Source: Clostridiaceae bacterium
GTDB lineage: Bacteria > Bacillota > Clostridia > TANB77 > CAG-508
NCBI GenBank assembly: GCA_012513065.1
Contig: JAAZCX010000032.1
Span: forward strand, 1-58,613
Direction of reading: 5' to 3'
DNA: 58,613 nucleotides
Part shown: positions 47,251 to 56,400 of the stretch, in pieces
How positions within the stretch are numbered: position 1 is the stretch's first letter
Layout: each line of letters begins with the position of its first letter
The notes under the pieces: model-generated
Database searches by the model: none
What the model was told of the DNA's origin: nothing
What the model saw: only the letters and a program-made list of their open reading frames with translations
Translations under genes and position numbers: made by a program

Positions 47251-49671
47251 ATGGAATTATTTATTATTACGATTGCTTGGATTTTAGGAATTATATGGGG
47301 GCTATACTTAAAAATAAGTATAGTCTTCTTTTTTGTATTAATAATATTAATTATATTAATATTATATTGTTTATTTACAAAAGTTAAAGAAAAGAAAAAA
47401 ATAGTAAAATATTTAATAATTATTATTCTGTCATTTAGTATTTCAAATGTACAGGTATTAATTTTAGAGAACTCTTTTACAGAAAAATATAGAAATTTAA
47501 AAGAAGAAACAAAAGAATTAAAAATAATAGGTACAGTAGTTTCAGAACCAATAAAAAAGGAATATAGAACACAATATGTAATAAAAATTGACAAAATTAA
47601 TGGCAATGTTACTTATAAAAATACTAAAATAATATTAAATGTAAAAAAAGAAACTAATTGTTTAGAATATGGAAATCAAATTTGTATATATGGAATATTT
47701 GAATCTCCAGAAGTTCAAAGAAATGAAGGCGGTTTTGATTATAGTCAATATTTAAAAATAAAAAAGATTTATAAAATTGTAACAGTAGAAGAAAACAAAA
47801 TAAAAATTATAAAACAAAGTAATATAAATGTAATTTACAAAACAATTAATATTATAAAGAATTCAATAAAAAAACAAATAAACAAACAACTTCCAGAAAA
47901 AGAAGCAAATTTATTAATAGGAATTTTAATTGGTGATAAAAGCAATATAGAAGAGGAAATATCAGAAGATTTTTCAAATAGTAGTTTATCACATATATTA
48001 GCAGTTTCAGGAATGCATGTATCATATGTTATTATAGGAATAGGATTTTTAGTAAATAAAATAAAAATTAGTAAAAATTTTTCCAAAATAATAATTATTA
48101 TATTATTGATTTTTTTTATGTTATTAACAGGTAGAACTCCATCTGTGGAAAGAGCATGTATGATGTCAATATACATGATAATATCAAGGTTATTACATAA
48201 AAGAAATAATGTATTAAGCAGTATTAGTATTTCTATGTTGTTAATATTAATTGAAAATCCATATGCAATAAGTGATATAGGATTACAATTATCATATGGG
48301 GGAACCATAGGAATTGTATCTATATATCCTATTTTAAAAAAACATATAAAACTAAAAAAGAAAATTGAAAATAAAAACATAAAAAAAGATTTATTAATAA
48401 AAATTAAAAGTAATATTTTAGACATTATTTTAATAACGATTAGTGCTAATATTGTTATTTTTCCAATTATGTTATATCACTTTAATACAGTTTCATTAAC
48501 CTTTGTGATTTCAAATTTACTTGTTTCCCAAATTATAGGAATAATAATACTTTTAGGATTTTTAACTACAATTCTTAGCTACATTCTAGAGCCTATTTCA
48601 ATTATATTATTTATTATATTGAAAATTTTTCTAAACCTATTAATTTTAATCGCACATTTTACTAGTAATCTACCATTTTCAAAGATATATTTACCAACTC
48701 CTAAAATTTATATAATAATAATTTATTATACTGTGCTAATTTATATAATTTTAAAGAAAAATAAAATACCAAAAAACAAAATAATAAAAAATAAAACAAA
48801 AATAATAGTAATAGCGTTATTAATTAGTCTATTAATAAATTTTATATTTTATAAAATTATTGATAATGATTTAAAAATATATTTTATTGATGTAGGACAA
48901 GGTGATAGCACATTAATCTGTACTCCCAATAAAAAGAAAATACTAATTGATGGTGGTGGAACATTAGAAAGAGAAGTATTTGATGTGGGAGAAAAAACTT
49001 TATTACCATATCTGTTAGATAAAGGAATTACTAAATTAGATTATGTAATAATAACACATTTTGATTCTGATCATATAGGAGGAATTTTAACGATATTAGA
49101 AAAGTTACAAGTAAAGCAAATCGTTATTGGAAAACAATATGAAATATATGAAAATTACAAAGAATTTAATAAGATAGTTAAGAAAAAGAAATTATGTGTA
49201 AAGATAGTAGAAGCAGGAGAAAAAATTCAAGTAGAAAAAGACTTATATTTTAATGTATTGTGGCCAGATTCAAATAATATGATTAGCGAAAATTCGATTA
49301 ATAACAATTCTTTAGTTTGCAAATTAGTATATAAACAATTCTCTTGTATTTTTACAGGTGATATAGAAGAAATTGCAGAAGAAAAAATATTAACTAAATA
49401 TAAAAAATCAAATATTTTAAAATCAACAGTTTTAAAAATTGCACACCATGGATCAAAAACATCTAGTATAGAAGAATTTTTGAAATCTGTAAATCCTAAT
49501 ATATCATTAATTGGTGTAGGAAAAAATAATATGTTTGGACATCCAAATCAAGAAATAATCGAAAGAATAAAAAATATAGATTCAAAGATTTATAGAACAG
49601 ATAAGTCAGGAGAAATCATAGTAAATGTAAATAAGAGTGGAAAAATAAGATTAAAAACAAAAATAAAATAA
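47251..49671 (+). CDS. comEC: DNA uptake competence protein ComEC/Rec2
   Basis: SHILAVSGMH, SVERA, LQLSY, DVGQGD, THFDSDH, HHGSKTSS, FGHP. Confidence 0.95.
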   Translation: MELFIITIAWILGIIWGLYLKISIVFFFVLIILIILILYCLFTKVKEKKKIVKYLIIIILSFSISNVQVLILENSFTEKYRNLKEETKELKIIGTVVSEPIKKEYRTQYVIKIDKINGNVTYKNTKIILNVKKETNCLEYGNQICIYGIFESPEVQRNEGGFDYSQYLKIKKIYKIVTVEENKIKIIKQSNINVIYKTINIIKNSIKKQINKQLPEKEANLLIGILIGDKSNIEEEISEDFSNSSLSHILAVSGMHVSYVIIGIGFLVNKIKISKNFSKIIIIILLIFFMLLTGRTPSVERACMMSIYMIISRLLHKRNNVLSSISISMLLILIENPYAISDIGLQLSYGGTIGIVSIYPILKKHIKLKKKIENKNIKKDLLIKIKSNILDIILITISANIVIFPIMLYHFNTVSLTFVISNLLVSQIIGIIILLGFLTTILSYILEPISIILFIILKIFLNLLILIAHFTSNLPFSKIYLPTPKIYIIIIYYTVLIYIILKKNKIPKNKIIKNKTKIIVIALLISLLINFIFYKIIDNDLKIYFIDVGQGDSTLICTPNKKKILIDGGGTLEREVFDVGEKTLLPYLLDKGITKLDYVIITHFDSDHIGGILTILEKLQVKQIVIGKQYEIYENYKEFNKIVKKKKLCVKIVEAGEKIQVEKDLYFNVLWPDSNNMISENSINNNSLVCKLVYKQFSCIFTGDIEEIAEEKILTKYKKSNILKSTVLKIAHHGSKTSSIEEFLKSVNPNISLIGVGKNNMFGHPNQEIIERIKNIDSKIYRTDKSGEIIVNVNKSGKIRLKTKIK

Positions 49672-49687
49672 TATTAATATAAATTTG

Positions 49688-49717
49688 GTATAATTTTACT
49701 TTCAAAATAGCATAATA
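49688..49717 (+). promoter_or_regulatory. Forespore sigma-G-like promoter
   Basis: GTATA-18-CATAATA upstream of the bofC-like gene. Confidence 0.5.
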
Positions 49718-49755
49718 AATGAAAAGAATGTTAATAATGAAAAGGATGAGATTTT

Positions 49756-50334
49756 ATGAAAAAAAATTATATTATATTAATAATAATAGGTGTAATACTT
49801 ATTACATCTTTAATAGTTGGTTTTATAATTATAAATAAACCTTCAAAAATTGAATTAACAAGTGAAAAAACATTATCAGAGCATAATGAAAATAAAAAAA
49901 ATGAAATAGAAATAATTACAACATCAAATATTGAACAAAAAACATCACCAAATTGTATGTTTGTATTTAAAACATATTATAGAGAATGTGAACACACACT
50001 TATAAATAAAATTGATATCCCTAAAGAATTTGTGAATCAAACAGTAGAAGAGATAGAAAGAGAATATTTAGATTGGAAAATACAAAGTTTTAATGTAAAT
50101 GAGGTTATTTTTTATCAAGAAAAAGAAGGAATTTGTGAAGAACATTTTATAGTAAAAGAGAATAATGGTTATATAACAATATACTTTATAGACAAATATG
50201 GAGTAGAAAAAATAAAAGAAACTACAGAGATTGTTACGACATATTTACCAGAAATAGATAAAAATAGATTAAAAGAAGGAATAAAAATAAACGGTCAAGA
50301 AGAATTAAATGCATGTCTTGAAGATTATGAATAA
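49756..50334 (+). CDS. BofC C-terminal-domain sporulation protein
   Basis: N-terminal TM; YYRECEHT..CEEHFIVKENNGYITIY..YLPEIDKNRLKEGI..LEDYE. Confidence 0.75.
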   Translation: MKKNYIILIIIGVILITSLIVGFIIINKPSKIELTSEKTLSEHNENKKNEIEIITTSNIEQKTSPNCMFVFKTYYRECEHTLINKIDIPKEFVNQTVEEIEREYLDWKIQSFNVNEVIFYQEKEGICEEHFIVKENNGYITIYFIDKYGVEKIKETTEIVTTYLPEIDKNRLKEGIKINGQEELNACLEDYE

Positions 50335-50348
50335 CAAACTTAAAAAAT

Positions 50349-50377
50349 GCATAAATTTCCACTTTTAGCAAATACTA
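50349..50377 (+). promoter_or_regulatory. Forespore sigma-G-like promoter
   Basis: GCATA-17-AATACTA upstream of the cgs-like gene. Confidence 0.5.
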
Positions 50378-50411
50378 AACATACAGTATAATGCTAAGGA
50401 GTGGATTTTTT

Positions 50412-53400
50412 ATGGAATATAAAAAATTAAATAGAAAAGGAATAGAATTAAGCAAAGAACAATTAGAAAAATATTTAGAAAAACTAGCATCTGAACATGT
50501 TTTACAAAAGCACAGTGATAAAGAAACATACCCAATTCCACAGGTAAAAGAAAATTTTGAATTTATTAAACAAGTTTATCATTTACTTAATGAACATATA
50601 AAAATTGGTATTCCGATTCATCCAGCAGGGGAATGGTTATTAGATAATTTTTATATTATAGAGGAAACAGTAAAAACTATAATTCAAAATATGCCATTAA
50701 AAAAATATAAAGAATTTTTAGGGATTTCAAATGGAGCAGATAAAGGTTTTGCTAGAATTTATGCATTAGCATATGAAATTATAAATTATACAGATAATAG
50801 GATTAATTATAATAATGTTAGTGATTTTCTTTTAGCATATCAAAAGAAAAAAACTCTAAGTATGAATGAAATATGGAATATAGGAATATTTATGCAAATT
50901 GCAATAATACAAAGCATTACAGATATTTGTGAAAAAATATATTTTAGTCAAATTCAAAAATATAGAGCTGAAAATATAATAGAAAGATTAGTAGAAAATA
51001 AAAAACAGATAAAATATAAAAATTTACCAGAATATAAAGCAAAAATAAAAGAATATGGACAAATGAAATATCCTTTTATTGAATATCTTTCATATAGATT
51101 AAAAAAAGAAGGAAAATCAGGATTACCTTTTTTAAATATTTTAGAAGAACAAGTTAATAAAATGGGAACAACAGTAGATGAAATAGTAAAAAAGCAACAC
51201 TATGATATTGCTTTAAAAAAAGTAAGTATAGCAAATTGTATAACTAGCATAAAAGAATTAATTAGAATGGACTTTTTATCTATATTTGAAGAAACAAATG
51301 GAGTAGAAGAAATCTTAAAAGAAGATCCATCTAAAATATATAAAAAAATGGATTATAAAACCAAGGAATATTATAGAAATGAAATAGAGCAAATATCAAA
51401 GAAGACTAAAATTGCAGAAATATATATTGCAAAGAAAGCCTTAGAACTAGCAAAAGAAAATGCAAAAGAAGATAAAATTATAAAGCAATCGCATATTGGA
51501 TATTATTTAATAGATGAAGGAAAAAAAGAATTATATAAAAAGTTACAGCAAAAAGAAATAAGAACATTAAAAAATGAAACAAAAGTAGTATTATATATTA
51601 GTACAATTTGGATTATATCGTATTTTATAGATATATTATTTATGATACAAGTACAGATGCAAATAAGAAATTTTATATTAACTACTTTATTAGGAATAAT
51701 CTTAATATTACCTATTCAAGAAATCGTAGTACAAATAATGCAATATTTATTAACAAAAATAGTTAAACCAAAATTAATTCCAAAAATGGATTTTTATAAT
51801 GGTATACCAGAAGAAGAATCTTGTTTCGTTGTAATTCCAACAATATTGAATAGTAAAGAAAAAGTAATTGAATTAATGAAAAAATTAGAAGTTTATTATC
51901 TTGCAAATAAAAGTGAAAACATATATTTTGCTTTACTTGGAGACTGCTCTTCAGGAAAAAATAAACAAGAAACACATGATAAAGAAGTTATAGAAGAAGG
52001 TTTAAAACAAGTAGAATTATTAAATGAAAAATATAAAAACAATATTGATGGAAAAAGTATACCTAAATTTCATTTTATATATAGAAAAAGATATTGGAAT
52101 GGAAGAGAAGAATGTTATTTGGGATGGGAAAGAAAGAGAGGATTGTTAAATCAATTTAATAATTTCATATTAGAAAAAATAGATAATCCTTTTTTAGTTA
52201 ATACAATACAAAAAATATTACCAAAAGAAATAAAAGAAAAGATAAAATATGTAATTACATTAGATGCGGATACAGAGCTAGTATTAAATACAGGATTTGA
52301 ACTTATTGGAAGCATGGCACACATATTAAACAAACCAATATTAAATAAAGAGAAAGATTTAGTCATAGAAGGACATGCATTAATACAACAAAGAATAGGA
52401 ATAAATTTAGAAGTTACTAATAAAAATTTATTTACTAAAATTTTTGCAGGTAATGGTGGAATTGATAATTATACAAATGCAATTTCAGACATTTATCAAG
52501 ACAACTTTGAAGAAGGTATATTTACAGGTAAAGGAATATATGATATTTCTATATTTTCACAAGTGTTAGAAAATGAAATTCCAGAGAATACCGTATTAAG
52601 CCATGATTTATTAGAAGGAAATTATTTAAGATGTGGTCTTGCATCTGATATTATATTAATGGATGGATATCCAAGTAGTTATATTAGTTTTAAGAAGAGA
52701 TTACATCGATGGATTAGAGGAGATTTTCAAATAATAAGATGGGCAAATAAAATTATAATAAATAAAAAAGAACAAATTAAAAAAAACCCTTTAAATCCAC
52801 TTTCAATATATAAAATAATAGATAATTTAATCAGAGCAGTAATTCCGGTTTTTATCCTATTATCAATTATCACAGTATGTATTTATAATATATTGTATTC
52901 TATTAATACATCATTATTATTTGTTTTATTAATTGTATCAGTAACAATTCCAACAATATTAGATTTGATAGGAAATGTTATTTATAAAAAGGAAGGACAA
53001 ATATATCAGAAAACATTTACACCAAGAATACCATCATGGCTTACAAGTATAGTTCGAGGAATATTAAAAATAATGTGTTTACCAGATAAAGCATATTATT
53101 CATCAGATGCTATTATAAGAACTATATATCGTATATATGGTTCAAAAAAACATTTGTTAGAATGGACAACATCAGAAGATGCAGAAAAAACAACTAAAAA
53201 TGATTTGTTATCATATTATAAAAGCATGATGCCAAATGTAATATTTGCGATTTTAACAACTTTACTGGGTTTAATAATTAAAGAAAAAATAATATCTGTT
53301 GTATTATTTATATTATCAATAATATGGTTAATTGGACCAATAGTATTTTGGTATATAAGCAAAAATAAACAAAAAGAGGAATTTATAAAAGAAATTAATA

Positions 53401-56400
53401 AAGATGAAAAACAATATTTATATGAAATTGGAAAAAAAACATGGCAGTTTTTTAAAGATAGTATTACAAAAGAAAATAATTATTTACCACCAGATAATTA
53501 TCAAGAAGATAGAAAAGTAAATTTTATTGAGAGAACATCTTCTACCAATATAGGTCTTGGCATATTAAGCGTAATATCTAGTTATGATTTAAAATATAAA
53601 AATCTAGAAGATACATTAGAATTATTAAAGAATATGATAACAATTGTAGAAGAGCTACCTAAATGGAATGGACATTTATATAATTGGTATAATATAAAAA
53701 CATTAGAACCATTGACTCCAAGATATATTTCCACAGTAGATAATGGAAACTTTGTTGGGTATATTTATGTATTGAAACAGTTTTATCAGGAAATAAAGCA
53801 AAAGATAGAAAATGAAGAATTAGAAGAAAAAATTGATAAATTAAAAAAAGATAAATTATTAAATTTAATTCCTGACTGGATAAATAAACCAATAAATGAG
53901 ATTAAAATTGCTAATTGTGATTTTTCAAAGTTATATGATGAAGAAAGAGGCATTTTTTCTATAGGATTTAATATAGAAGAAAATAAATTAACAGATTCAT
54001 ATTATGATTTACTTGCATCAGAGGCAAGACAAGCAAGCCTAATTGCAATTAGTAAAAAAGATGTTCCATCTAAACATTGGAGATATTTAAGTAGAACAAT
54101 GACAACAATGAATGGGTACAATGGTCTTATTTCCTGGTCTGGAACTGCTTTTGAGTATTTAATGCCAAACATGATTATAAAACAACCTGAAGGAAGTTTA
54201 ATTGATGAATCTATAAAATTTATGATAATGAGTCAAAAACAATATGCAAAAAAATTATCTATTCCTTGGGGATTTTCAGAAGCGGCATACTATTTAAAAG
54301 ATTTAAATAATAATTATCAGTATAAAGCAATAGGTATTCCGTGGCTTGGATTAAAAAGAGGAATAGAAGAAGATATAGTTGTTTCTAGTTATGCTTCTAT
54401 TATGGCACTTACTTCCCAACCAAAAGAGGTTATTCAAAACATTAAAATATTGGAGAAACAAGGAATGTATGATAAATACGGATTTTATGAATCTATTGAT
54501 TATACACCAATGAGAATGCCAAAAGGTAAAAAACAAATGGTAACTAAAACTTATATGGCACATCATCAAGGTCTTATATTATTATCTATTAATAATTTTT
54601 TTAATAATAATATTTTACAAAAAAGATTTTCAAATAATCCAGAGATATCAGCAATAGAAGTATTATTACAAGAAAATGTTCCTGAAAAAAGAATTATAAC
54701 CAAAGAAGAAAAACAAAAACCATCAAAAATAACATATCATGATTATGGTAATTATGCACAAAGAATTTATACAAAATCCAATTATAATATACCAATCTGT
54801 AATGTAATATCAAGTAATAATTATAGTATAATAATGAATTTAAAAGCTGAAGGATATAGCAAATATAAAAATTATTTAATAAATAAATATTTTAGTACTT
54901 CTAATGAAGCTCAAGGAATATTTTTTTATATTAAAAATATAAAAAACAAAAAAATTTGGACTTCTAGCAATGCTTTAAATTTATCAAAAGCTGATAAATT
55001 TGAAATAACTTTTAGTGAAGATAAAAATAAAATAAAAAGAATAGACGGATCAATAGAAACAATTTGTAATGTTACATTAAGTCCTAAAGATCCAATAGAA
55101 ATAAGAGATTTAAAACTCATAAACAATGGAATAGAAGAAGAAACAATAGAAATAACAACAGCAATAGAACCACTTCTTACAACATTAGAAGAATATATTA
55201 GTCATCCTGCATTTCAAAATCTTTTTTTAACATTTGAATATGATGAAGAAAAAAATATATTTATAGTAAAAAGAAAAAACAGAGAAAATCCAGAAAAAGA
55301 TTTATATATGGCTGTATCATTTTTTACAAAAGAGGATACAATTGGTGAATTAGAATATGAAATAGATAAAGAAAAATTTCAAGGAAGAGGTAACTTAGGT
55401 ATTCCTAAAATGGTTGAAAATTCAAAACCATTTTCTAAAAAAATAAATCTTACAGTAAATCCTATATTAGCATTAAGAAAAACTATTTCGTTAAAACCAG
55501 GACAAGAAGTACATTTTGATTTATTAATAAGTGCTTCAGAAAATAAAAATGTAGCAATAAAAAATATAGAAGAATATCAAACTTATGAAAAAGTAAAGAA
55601 AACTTTTGAATTATCAAAAGCAAAAGCAGATACAGAATCTAGATATTTAAATATAAACGCAACAGAAATAAATAATTATCAAAAAATGTTAGGATATATT
55701 TTATTTAATAATCCAATTCAAAACAAAGAAAATTTTAAAGAACAATATTATTCAAAAGAACAATTATGGAAATATGGAATTTCAGGTGATTTACCAATAT
55801 TACTTGTGAAAATTAAAGAAAGTAATGAAAAAGAAATATTAGAAGAAGTATTGAAGGCGTATGAATTTTTCAGAATAAAAAATATACAATTAGATCTAGT
55901 TATTTTAAATGAAGAATCAAATAGTTATGAAAAATATACAAAAGAAATTATACAAAATGTAATATTAAATGCCAATTTAGGATATTTACAAAATATAAAG
56001 AATGGAATCTTTGTGTTAGAAGAAAATTATAATGAAGAGTTATTAAAATTTTATGCTAAATTAATTATTGATGCAAAGAATGGACCATTAAAAAAACAAT
56101 TGAAAGATCTTGAAGATGAATATTTAGAAAATGTAAAGCTAATAGGAGAAAAAGTTCCTACAAAATTTGATTTATATCAAGAAGATAACAATATTAAACA
56201 GTTAAATTGTCAAGAAAATTTATTATATTATAATAGCTTTGGGGGGTTTTCTTTAGATGGAAAAGAATATAATATATTTGTAAATAAAGAAAATAAACTT
56301 CCTACAGTATGGAGTCATATAATGTCAAATGATAAGTTTGGAACATTAGTTACAGAAAGTATGGGAGGTTATACCTGGAGTAAAAATAGTAGATTAAACA

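Noticed and set aside
40189-50810. AGG-A as an equivalent shift signal (e.g. about 40192 and 50799)
   Set aside because: In-frame AGG-A codons lie within uninterrupted genes, so AGG appears to be decoded normally.
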